DNA of 64,000 bases, taken from contig OMWS01000038.1 of the NCBI GenBank assembly GCA_900314825.1, positions 1,200 through 65,199 on the forward strand. The letters are read 5' to 3'. Shown piece after piece: positions 54,693 to 62,622 of this stretch (positions are counted from its first letter, which is position 1; every line of letters starts with the position of its first letter). The notes under the pieces were generated by a model. It saw only the letters and a program-made list of their open reading frames with translations. It was not told where the DNA came from and made no database searches. The DNA comes from an uncultured Veillonellaceae bacterium. GTDB taxonomy: Bacteria > Bacillota > Negativicutes > Selenomonadales > Selenomonadaceae. The translations under genes and the position numbers were made by a program.

Positions 54693-54735
54693 TTGCATGT
54701 ACCCAGGGGAACATGTTAGGAGGGTATCCGAATAT

Positions 54736-56046
54736 ATGCTGAAATATTCCCGCTATAACCACATGGTAAAAATACCCGACGAGGATGCCTATGCACTGTT
54801 GAATTTCCGAACGGGGGCTTTTGCACGTTTGAGTCCCTTGCAGAAAGATTTGTTTGAGGTTGCTGCCGATTTAGATGAAAATAGCAGTAAGGTCAAGAAC
54901 TTTCGGCGGGGGGGCTTCCTGGTATCTTATGATGAGTTGCGGCACATGCGTACCCAGGCATATATGGCCAGTGGTTGGGGGCGTGTGCTGGGGTTGACTA
55001 TTTGTCCGACTATGGCTTGCAATTTTGCCTGTCCCTATTGCTTCGAGGAACAGCGGGGCGGCCGCATGAGCAAGGAAACGGAAGATGCCGTGGTAAAGTT
55101 CGCCGATCGTTTTCTGGTGCGTCTGCCTTGTCAGGACATTGGTGTTTCATGGTTCGGCGGCGAGCCGCTTCTTTGCCCGGACATCATCGAGAGCCTGTCC
55201 GAAAAGCTCATGGCACTGGCAGACAAAAGAAATTGCGGGTACCACGCGCGGCTGATCACCAACGGATGGTTCCTGACGCCGGAGATTGTCGCCATGCTGG
55301 AACGAGTGAATGTGATTGAGATGCAGATTACTCTGGACGGGCCGACACCGGAAACCAATGACCATCTGCGACGAGAAAAAAACGGCGGCTCCAGTTTTGC
55401 ACGTATCATGGAGAACTTGGAGAATCTGCATACAAAAAAGATCAAAGTGATGCTTCGTTGCAATTTGCATCGGGAAAACGCCGAGCATTTTGGGGCGTTG
55501 AAGGAGAAGGTGAACCTACTCGCCAAGAAAGCAGGGTTTCCCGTCCGTGTTTATTCGGCTATGATGGATGGATATGCAGGCATGTCCCACGAGATGCAGG
55601 AGGCATCCTTTAATACGAGTGAATTTCGCCGGATGGTTGAGGGCTGGGAAGATTTGCCCGCCCATGTCGATACCGATGCTTACTACCCCTACACCGTCTG
55701 CATGGCCCAGAATTTGACCGGGATCGGCATAGATGAGAACGGCGATCTGTATAAATGCTGGGAAGCGATAGGCAGGGGTGCAAAGGCTTTCGGGAATGTA
55801 CGCGATTTTGACATTCTTCAGGAGCCGGATGGAAATCCGGGCGCATGGGACGAGTATTTCGAGACTCTTTTCCCCGAAAACGACAAGGACTGCATGGAGT
55901 GCAAGGTTTTCCCGATTTGCAAGGGCGGCTGCCCCCACAAACGGCTGACGGGCAGGCGTACCTGCTTGCCCGTAAAAGCGGATCCCGATGGCTACGTTCT
56001 CCATCGTTATCGCATTTGGCAGGAAAAACGACAAAACAGACCATAG
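54736..56046 (+). CDS. radical SAM/SPASM peptide maturase (rSAM-3)
   Basis: CPTMACNFACPYCFE, WFGGEPLL, and SPASM CMAQNLTGIGIDENGDLYKCWE...CMECKVFPICKGGCPHK. N-terminus MLKYSRYNHMV. Confidence 0.9.
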   Translation: MLKYSRYNHMVKIPDEDAYALLNFRTGAFARLSPLQKDLFEVAADLDENSSKVKNFRRGGFLVSYDELRHMRTQAYMASGWGRVLGLTICPTMACNFACPYCFEEQRGGRMSKETEDAVVKFADRFLVRLPCQDIGVSWFGGEPLLCPDIIESLSEKLMALADKRNCGYHARLITNGWFLTPEIVAMLERVNVIEMQITLDGPTPETNDHLRREKNGGSSFARIMENLENLHTKKIKVMLRCNLHRENAEHFGALKEKVNLLAKKAGFPVRVYSAMMDGYAGMSHEMQEASFNTSEFRRMVEGWEDLPAHVDTDAYYPYTVCMAQNLTGIGIDENGDLYKCWEAIGRGAKAFGNVRDFDILQEPDGNPGAWDEYFETLFPENDKDCMECKVFPICKGGCPHKRLTGRRTCLPVKADPDGYVLHRYRIWQEKRQNRP

Positions 56047-56063
56047 ATGAAAGGGGCAGATGT

Positions 56064-57125
56064 ATGCGAGACGATTGCGGTATCTTAGGAGAGACGAGGC
56101 TTTCCCGCAATTTTCAAAGGTTGATGAGACGGGCGGCAGCGAATGGTCGAGACGAAGCACTTTTCGGTCAAAAGTACATTGCAGCAGCAAACGAGGTTGT
56201 CAAAAAAAGCTCCTTGCGCCACATGCCACGGACGAGTTTCTGCCTGGAGTTTCCTCTGACGGGCAAACCCTACATGGATATTTTCGTGAACCTCCAGTGC
56301 GGAAAAATGGAAGCTCCGGTAAAGTTTGAAGTCGGTGATGGTTTCGGGCTGGCATTTTTCGTCAATGCTTGCGCCGCGGATGAAACCCTGAAGGATTACC
56401 AGTTGTACTTTACCTTCGATCTCTCCGCTGACAGGCACATACCCAACGTCTATTTGTTGCCGCCCAACAGGAAAGGAAATATCTCGTATGTTCTCGCCAT
56501 GATGGATAAGTTGAATGCTCTTGAACGGAAAGAACAAACGGCAACGGTTCTGGGGAAAGTACCCTCGGGGTGGCAAATTTACTATGCCGGTTTCATGCAC
56601 ACAAGAACGGACGCCCCCCTGCGCCTGGGGTTTGTAGCCAATCCTGAATGTGTACGCGGGTACGCAAGGGACAGTTCCTTGCTGGCCCGGGATTTTAACG
56701 TCTTTTATCCCGGGGGGCTTACGGAGGTTCTTCAGGAACAGCTTTCTTTGCTGGCCGATGCGATCGAGGCGGGGGCGGAAATGGAGATACAGCTTGACCT
56801 GCTTCCCAATGGCAGCTTCGGCGACAATATCGCTGTTTCGCCTTCCCTTGGATTCAATTATGCCGATGTGCGGCGAGCCGATGAGACCATGGCCGGTGAC
56901 AGGGTAACGAGGATTATGGAGCTTTTTTCCCGTTGGGGTGTGTCAGACGATCGCTGGCGTCTCATGGGACAGGCTTGCTACGGAGTGGAGCGCATTGCCC
57001 AGGATGGGGACAATCGACGCCTGGTGGCGGATGTGGTGCAGCTAAGTGCTATCAAGGTGCGCTTTAACAGAAACGGCGCATCTCTCGCCAAGGGCTATCT
57101 TATCGCCACGTCGTGGGATTTATGA
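56064..57125 (+). CDS. P-family protein 1 (uncharacterised; five beta-hairpin units)
   Basis: FCLEFPLTGKPYMDIFVNL / LYFTFDLSADRHIPNVYLLPP / IYYAGFMHTRTDAPLRLGFV / EMEIQLDLLPNGSFGDNIAVS / LSAIKVRFNRNGASLAKGYLIA. ATG follows AAAGGGG. Confidence 0.75.
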   Translation: MRDDCGILGETRLSRNFQRLMRRAAANGRDEALFGQKYIAAANEVVKKSSLRHMPRTSFCLEFPLTGKPYMDIFVNLQCGKMEAPVKFEVGDGFGLAFFVNACAADETLKDYQLYFTFDLSADRHIPNVYLLPPNRKGNISYVLAMMDKLNALERKEQTATVLGKVPSGWQIYYAGFMHTRTDAPLRLGFVANPECVRGYARDSSLLARDFNVFYPGGLTEVLQEQLSLLADAIEAGAEMEIQLDLLPNGSFGDNIAVSPSLGFNYADVRRADETMAGDRVTRIMELFSRWGVSDDRWRLMGQACYGVERIAQDGDNRRLVADVVQLSAIKVRFNRNGASLAKGYLIATSWDL

Positions 57126-57180
57126 TTTCGGTTTTACCAGTCTGGCCGACAATTTGTAACGGAACAGGCTGTAAAATAAA

Positions 57181-57230
57181 TGGGACATCGCAAACCATTT
57201 TTGGAAATGTCCCAACCATATTATTTTATT
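57181..57230 (+). terminator. stem-loop with T-rich tail (possible internal terminator or attenuator)
   Basis: TGGGACAT-(18 nt)-ATGTCCCA followed by ACCATATTATTTTATT. Confidence 0.35.
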
Positions 57231-57253
57231 GTGTCCTAAAAGGAGGATGACAA

Positions 57254-57481
57254 ATGGATAACCAGTTCGATCCCCGTAAATTCTCGAAGGAGCAGCTTCA
57301 ACAGGCTGTGGCCTGCGAGACGCCGGAGGAACTCTTGGATCTTGCCAAGAAAAACGGCATAGAGATGACGCCGGAGCAAGCAAAGAAGTACCTCGCTGAG
57401 ATGGAGAACCTTGAGCTTGACCTCTCCGACGACCAGATGGAAGCGGTTGCCGGTGGTAGTTGCGCTTGGTTCTATCCCTGA
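57254..57481 (+). CDS. RiPP precursor D1; core SCAWFYP
   Basis: ...KEQLQQAVACETPEELLDLAKKNGIEMTPEQAKKYLAEMENLELDLSDDQMEAVAGG. RBS AAAGGAGG. Confidence 0.8.
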   Translation: MDNQFDPRKFSKEQLQQAVACETPEELLDLAKKNGIEMTPEQAKKYLAEMENLELDLSDDQMEAVAGGSCAWFYP

Positions 57482-57514
57482 TAGGAAAATGAAAAAAGAG
57501 AGGAGAAACATGAT

Positions 57515-57793
57515 ATGGCAAACAAATTTGATTGGAAATCTCTTTCAGATGAGCAGCGGCGGGAGCTTTTGAAGAAAGCCGCTGCTTGCGAAACGCCGGA
57601 AGAGCTCATGGCTCTCGCCAAGGAGCAGGGGTTGGAAATGACGGAGGAACAGGCAAAAAATAAACTTGAGGAACTGGAAAACCTTGAGATCGATCTCTCC
57701 GATGAGCAGCTCAAAGCTGCGGCCGGCGGTTTTAGCTGTCACAATGGCCAGGGGCTGTGCCTGTCCGATTCGGGTGAATGGTTTGGTTGCTGA
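57515..57793 (+). CDS. RiPP precursor D2; core FSCHNGQGLCLSDSGEWFGC
   Basis: ...LLKKAAACETPEELMALAKEQGLEMTEEQAKNKLEELENLEIDLSDEQLKAAAGG. Confidence 0.8.
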   Translation: MANKFDWKSLSDEQRRELLKKAAACETPEELMALAKEQGLEMTEEQAKNKLEELENLEIDLSDEQLKAAAGGFSCHNGQGLCLSDSGEWFGC

Positions 57794-57891
57794 CGTTTTC
57801 CGATAATGGTATAGCGCCTCGATCTGGGTCGTCTTTGTTGCTTTGGATGATTGCTGACACCGACGGCTGCGGTCTTGGCAGTTGCATCGTT

Positions 57892-57931
57892 TTGCGGAGT
57901 GCTTTTGCAGTGCTCCGCAAGACTTGTCTAT
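57892..57931 (+). promoter_or_regulatory. stem-loop plus third copy of CTTGTCTAT
   Basis: TTGCGGAG-TGCttttGCAgtg-CTCCGCAA contains GGAGTGC-TTTT-GCAGTGC (compare 52214-52236), followed by CTTGTCTAT at 57923-57931, 72 nt before the P2 start. Confidence 0.4.
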
Positions 57932-58002
57932 TGCTATGAAATGGAATTGCGTAGTACAAGCCGTTGCTTCGCATGGAAATTTATGGCAGAGGGGGCTATC
58001 GA

Positions 58003-59103
58003 ATGGGCAACATTTTATCCTTGCCGGATATCGTGCAGGATTTTCGCCGCATTTATCAAAAAGCGGCGGCAGAGGGGCGCGAGGCAAGGCTTTTTGGGGA
58101 GGAAACTCTTGAAAAAGCATGCGCTGTCCTGCGGTGCGGTGCCATAAAAGATGCAAGGGAGGCGGCGGGCTTCTACTTCGAGTTTCCCCTGTCGGGCACG
58201 CCCTGCATGGATCTGTTGCTTCAATATACCTGTGACGCATTTCCTTCCCCCGTTAAATTCGCGGAAGGGGATGGCTTTGGCTTGCAGAACTTTTTCGATG
58301 ACTGCGCCGGCGATGAAGGCCTTATGGGGTATGGATGTGGCTTCTCCTTCGATCTTTCCCGTGAGACCTCCGTTGACAACATTGGACTTCCCGGCATTTA
58401 TCTTGTACCGCCCCCCTCGCGTGCTAATGTAGATTATGTTCCTTTGATGCTGAAACGGCTTGGAAAAGCGGATTGTATTCCCCAGGTAATGGGTGCTTTT
58501 GCTGCTGCGCCGCCGAGATGGCGTCCTTATTATGCGGGGTGCATGGCAGGGCGGGTCGGCGGGCCGGTGAGGCTTGGCTTTTTCCTGCCGAGGGAAAGTC
58601 AGGCGTATTATTCCACACATCCCCTCGGATTGGCTGAGGAAATCGAGCTATACGGAGGACATAACCTTTTGTCGGAAGAAAAGGACAAGTTTTCCTATCT
58701 CATCCAAAACGGCGGTGTGTGGGATTTGCAGTTTGACCTTTGTCCCGATGGTACCTTTGCTGATGCATTGGGCGTTACGCTTGACATGGGAGTTGGCGGT
58801 GCCGATCCACGTAACTCCGAGGAATTCATGATGAAAGGCAAGGCCGGGCAAATCATGAGGTGTCTGGAAAGCTGGGGGCTGGCAGATTCCCGATGGCACG
58901 AGATGGGCAGAGCCTGTTACGGTGTCCTTCGCATGGTGCGTGAAAACGGGCGGTGGCGTGCCGTAGGTGATACGGTGCGGCTGAATACTGTCAAGGTGCG
59001 CTTCAGGGAAGGGCGGGCCTATCTTGCCAAGGGTTACCTTTTTGCGCAATCATACTGTATTTCGAAGAATATGAATAATTCGTCAGAGCCTGAGTTGAAA
59101 TAG
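58003..59103 (+). CDS. P-family protein 2
   Basis: FYFEFPLSGTPCMDLLLQY / CGFSFDLSRE..LPGIYLVPP / PYYAGCMAGRVGGPVRLGFFL / VWDLQFDLCPDGTFADALGVT / LNTVKVRFREGRAYLAKGYLFA. Confidence 0.75.
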   Translation: MGNILSLPDIVQDFRRIYQKAAAEGREARLFGEETLEKACAVLRCGAIKDAREAAGFYFEFPLSGTPCMDLLLQYTCDAFPSPVKFAEGDGFGLQNFFDDCAGDEGLMGYGCGFSFDLSRETSVDNIGLPGIYLVPPPSRANVDYVPLMLKRLGKADCIPQVMGAFAAAPPRWRPYYAGCMAGRVGGPVRLGFFLPRESQAYYSTHPLGLAEEIELYGGHNLLSEEKDKFSYLIQNGGVWDLQFDLCPDGTFADALGVTLDMGVGGADPRNSEEFMMKGKAGQIMRCLESWGLADSRWHEMGRACYGVLRMVRENGRWRAVGDTVRLNTVKVRFREGRAYLAKGYLFAQSYCISKNMNNSSEPELK

Positions 59104-59126
59104 AGTTTGTAGAAGGCGGTGGTCAA

Positions 59127-60152
59127 ATGTTACCGGCGGAGACAGTATTTGACGCTCTCATGGATCGTGCGGCAAATGAAGTAACGATGAAATCGGTGTT
59201 CGGGTCACTGGGTGAACAGAGGGCCTTGCTTCACGAAAAACTTTGCGGTCATGGGTTCAGCCAGATTTTTTTGGAAATCCCCCTCGACGGGGAGGCTGGA
59301 TTTGACCTGCACATCATCCATGATGCCGAAGATATTCGGCGTGGCACTTATGAAGAAAATTTGTATGGTAATCGCGGTTCACTCTTTGCCTGGTATGCTG
59401 GCGAACCTTCGTGCGGCGATGGGCTGGATGTGGTGTATGATCTGCGGGAAGATAAAGAGGCTTCTCCAATGGTCTATCTCAAGATGTCAGATGATACGCC
59501 GGATTTCGATGGTTTTTTCCGTGAGACGGGAGATGAGGGGGCAGGCAGAAGGTTTCATGCGCTGACAAAGTCTCTTCCCTCCGGCTGGCATCCTTGGTAC
59601 ACGGGGGTGCATATGAAGCGGAAAGGGAAACCGTTGCGCATTGGAAGCGGCCTGACTGATTTTGCAAAGAGGCGTTACGCAGGCAATCCGCGCTTTTTGG
59701 CCGATGACTTGAAAGCCTTGGGGTTTACTGCCTGGCTTTCCCCCATGATGATAGACAAGCTCCGTGAGTTGTTTGCTTTTCCGTGGCCGGTGGATGTCCA
59801 ACTTGATTTGCTGGATGACGGTTCCGTGGGGGATGTACTGGGGATCAGTCTTTGCACGGGAAACATGGGGCGGGATGCGCTGCGTGCTTCCCTTGAGCAT
59901 GGAGACTTGCAGGAGCTTATGTTGCTCTTGGAGAGTTACGGCGTTTCGGATGCCAGGTGGAAAAAACTGGGAAATACTGTATTCCAAGTTTTGGCTCTGC
60001 TTCATTCCGATGATGGGAATAAATGCCGATATATACTCTCGGGAAATCTCGGCTTTGTTAAAGTGCGATTCCAAGGGACAGGTGCATTGGCTCTGGATGC
60101 CAAAGTATACCTTAACCTGAGGGCAGTTAGATTCGGTAAGGATGATGGTTGA
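59127..60152 (+). CDS. P-family protein 3
   Basis: IFLEIPLDGEAGFDLHIIH / LDVVYDLREDKEASPMVYLKM / PWYTGVHMKRKGKPLRIGSG / PVDVQLDLLDDGSVGDVLGIS / LGFVKVRFQGTGALALDAKVYLNL. Confidence 0.75.
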   Translation: MLPAETVFDALMDRAANEVTMKSVFGSLGEQRALLHEKLCGHGFSQIFLEIPLDGEAGFDLHIIHDAEDIRRGTYEENLYGNRGSLFAWYAGEPSCGDGLDVVYDLREDKEASPMVYLKMSDDTPDFDGFFRETGDEGAGRRFHALTKSLPSGWHPWYTGVHMKRKGKPLRIGSGLTDFAKRRYAGNPRFLADDLKALGFTAWLSPMMIDKLRELFAFPWPVDVQLDLLDDGSVGDVLGISLCTGNMGRDALRASLEHGDLQELMLLLESYGVSDARWKKLGNTVFQVLALLHSDDGNKCRYILSGNLGFVKVRFQGTGALALDAKVYLNLRAVRFGKDDG

Positions 60153-60228
60153 ATGCCGCACGGGGAGTATCGCAAAAAAACGAACAGTCCTGGGGAGAAT
60201 TTTGGCGCGAGAAACAGGGAGAAAACAA

Positions 60229-61773
60229 ATGAGACTCAGCAATTATGAGATGATTCTGCCTCTGATTGGTGCGGACGAAAAGGAAATCGATGACAGGGCA
60301 CTTTTGGTGAATGGCCTTTACGGCGCATTTGACATCGTGCCGAAGCGTTGCGCGGATTTTCTTATAAAGGGAAAGTTTTCGCAGGTGGATTCTTCCCTAT
60401 GGGAGCAGCTGGCAAGACGTGGTCATATCACAACCAAATCACTGGAGGAAGAAATTGCGGATCTGGAGCTTCTGGCACATATTGACCGGCGGATCATACA
60501 GAAGAGCCGCATTGATCTTATCATCATGCCGACCTATGATTGCAATTTCCGTTGCCCCTATTGTTTCGAGCGAAAGCGTTTGGCAAGGGGCGAAACGTGG
60601 CTTGCAAAGGTCATGAGCCATGAAATGATTCAGGCGATCTTTGCTGCTTTGGATGATTACCGATCCAGAGGCTACGGCCTTGGCAACTGCACGCTATACG
60701 GTGGTGAACCGCTCATGAAGGAAAATCTTGCTACCGTGAGGGAAATCGCCGAAAACTGCGCCCAGCGGGAAATGAAGATAGAGGTTCTGACCAACGGTTA
60801 TGATTTGGCTTCATTCATTCCCATCATCAAGGAATTTCCCTTCGTGTTCGTACAGGTTCCTCTTGACGGTGTCGGAAAGACAAATGACAGGCTTCGACGG
60901 CACAAAGAGGGCAAAGATACCTACGAACGGATATTGAACAATGTGGATATGGCCTTGGAACATGGCATTGGCGTAAATATGCGCATCAACATTTCCAAGG
61001 AAAATCTTTCCAGCATAGATGAATTGACTGATGACCTGAAGCGTCGCGGTTTCCTGGCAAAAGAGAATGAACGCCGCATGGGGCAGAACCAGCGGGGGGA
61101 ATTTGTCCACTATTTCAAGGCAACGGTAACACCTGACAGAAATTCCTTCCTCGGCGAGGGAGGCGTCGCCAGGGAACTGCTGGAAAGCGGTCGCAGTGCT
61201 GAGTATGTCATGGAGCATTCTTGTCTTTATGGTATAGTGGCGCGGTATATCCGCAAGCTGTTTCAAAAAGATACCTATGTGGATTTTTCCACTGCCATTT
61301 GTAACGCAGAACGCGGCGCGCTTTTGGTTGACCCTTACGGGCTGCTCTTCCCGTGCTGGGAATCAGTTGGTGATGATGATATGGCGGTTGGCCGCGTGGA
61401 TGAGACGCAAGGGCGCGTTTTGTGGAACTTTGCCAAAGCAAAGTGGCGACTCAGAACCTCGGACAGGATACCTGCCTGCCGTATTTGTCCGTATAATTTC
61501 TTTTGCAAAGGCGGCTGCGCCGCACGAGCCAAAGATGTCTATGGCGACTATTTCCGCGAGTATTGCGGCGATCACAAGCAAGCATTTGCCTTTGCAGCCT
61601 CGCATATAGCAGGGAAAATGTGGCAAGAGCGAGGCGAGGCGGAGCTGTCATTGTCTTTGGCAGAGCCGCTGGCGCACTTGACAAGGAAGGAACGGTATAT
61701 GATTATGAATTCCAAGAGTATTCCCGATGTCTTTGCCATCGTAAAAAAGGCAGGCCTTTTACCACAGATATAG
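60229..61773 (+). CDS. radical SAM/SPASM peptide maturase (rSAM-4; paralog of rSAM-1)
   Basis: MPTYDCNFRCPYCFE, YGGEPLM, CNAERGALLVDPYGLLFPCWE...CRICPYNFFCKGGCAARA. Collinear with the 34177 protein over the full length, including the C-terminal ...ELSLSLA.PL..LT..ER tail. Confidence 0.9.
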   Translation: MRLSNYEMILPLIGADEKEIDDRALLVNGLYGAFDIVPKRCADFLIKGKFSQVDSSLWEQLARRGHITTKSLEEEIADLELLAHIDRRIIQKSRIDLIIMPTYDCNFRCPYCFERKRLARGETWLAKVMSHEMIQAIFAALDDYRSRGYGLGNCTLYGGEPLMKENLATVREIAENCAQREMKIEVLTNGYDLASFIPIIKEFPFVFVQVPLDGVGKTNDRLRRHKEGKDTYERILNNVDMALEHGIGVNMRINISKENLSSIDELTDDLKRRGFLAKENERRMGQNQRGEFVHYFKATVTPDRNSFLGEGGVARELLESGRSAEYVMEHSCLYGIVARYIRKLFQKDTYVDFSTAICNAERGALLVDPYGLLFPCWESVGDDDMAVGRVDETQGRVLWNFAKAKWRLRTSDRIPACRICPYNFFCKGGCAARAKDVYGDYFREYCGDHKQAFAFAASHIAGKMWQERGEAELSLSLAEPLAHLTRKERYMIMNSKSIPDVFAIVKKAGLLPQI

Positions 61774-61774
61774 T

Positions 61775-61828
61775 AAATGACAATAATATATATGTCATTT
61801 GCCATATACAATGTCTCAACTCTATCAT
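61775..61828 (+). promoter_or_regulatory. palindrome overlapping a candidate promoter for precursor E1
   Basis: AAATGACA-(10 nt)-TGTCATTT at 61775-61800. TTGCCA (61799-61804), 18 nt, TATCAT (61823-61828). Confidence 0.35.
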
Positions 61829-61849
61829 TTTTAATGGGAGGTATTTAGC

Positions 61850-62086
61850 ATGGGAAACATCGACAAAAGCAAACTCACCGAGGCGCAGATACAGAAAGCA
61901 ATGGCATGCAGCAGCGTTGAGGAACTGATGAAAGTGGCCAAGGAAGAGGGCTATGAGCTTACCGAGGACGAGGCCAAAGCGTATTTTGCAGAGATGGAGG
62001 ACTTTGAACTGGACGGTGACAAGTTGAAAGATGTGGCGGGCGGCGGTTTTGCGGGTAGCCAGTGCTATGCCAAAACTGGCTGCTGA
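61850..62086 (+). CDS. RiPP precursor E1; core GFAGSQCYAKTGC
   Basis: MGNIDKSKLTEAQIQKAMACSSVEELMKVAKEEGYELTEDEAKAYFAEMEDFELDGDKLKDVAGG. Confidence 0.8.
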   Translation: MGNIDKSKLTEAQIQKAMACSSVEELMKVAKEEGYELTEDEAKAYFAEMEDFELDGDKLKDVAGGGFAGSQCYAKTGC

Positions 62087-62131
62087 TAAGGACGCGTAGA
62101 AGACAAGGGAAGCTGGATGATGTGAAGCTAA

Positions 62132-62187
62132 GATTCCGGCCAGAGGGCAGCCAACAGTTGCAAACTTTTGGCCGGAATCATTTTCAT
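62132..62187 (+). terminator. stem-loop after the last precursor gene
   Basis: 11-bp stem GATTCCGGCCA-(26 nt)-TGGCCGGAATC followed by ATTTTCAT. The loop is large and the T tract weak. Confidence 0.4.
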
Positions 62188-62216
62188 GAGAGTTCCTCTA
62201 TGTGACCACAAAAAAA

Positions 62217-62316
62217 GGGTCAATCACAAAACCTGTGGGATTCGAATAGCTTAGACGAATAATTCATGTTGTCAAAAAAGAGGACATCCGCTAAGATGTG
62301 GAAATGCATCTAGCCT
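62217..62316 (+). repeat. 100-bp direct repeat, copy 2
   Basis: Identical to 44300-44399. Confidence 0.95.
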
Positions 62317-62333
62317 TTTAGGAGACTTTTGCA

Positions 62334-62622
62334 ATGAAAAAATTTTTCTCTTGTTACCCTTGGCTTGAATTTGGGTGCCAAAGAATATGATTTGCTTTTT
62401 ATTATTCAAAACAAGGCTGCTTGGGAAAGATTTATTTCGGGAAATATAAAATTCGGGACGGAAGTTTCCGCGCAGGCAAGCGACGGAGTGAACGGCGACA
62501 CTTTTGCCGATGCGACGATTGTGGCGAACGGTGTTTGAGTTTATCAACTGGACAAAAAAGGCTTGGCGGTTGAATTTTCGTTGAAGGGCGCGAGGATTTC
62601 GCCGTTCCGAACGCTTAATTAA
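62334..62622 (+). pseudogene. remnant of a SYLF/Ysc84-like domain gene (frameshift near the start, in-frame TGA)
   Basis: ATG 62334 after TAGGAGAC runs into an A6T5 tract and stops after 19 codons. The +1 frame reads ...LGAKEYDLLFIIQNKAAWERFISGNIKFGTEVSAQASDGVNGDTFADATIVANGV*VYQLDKKGLAVEFSLKGARISP. Only the C-terminal part of the domain is present. Confidence 0.4.
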
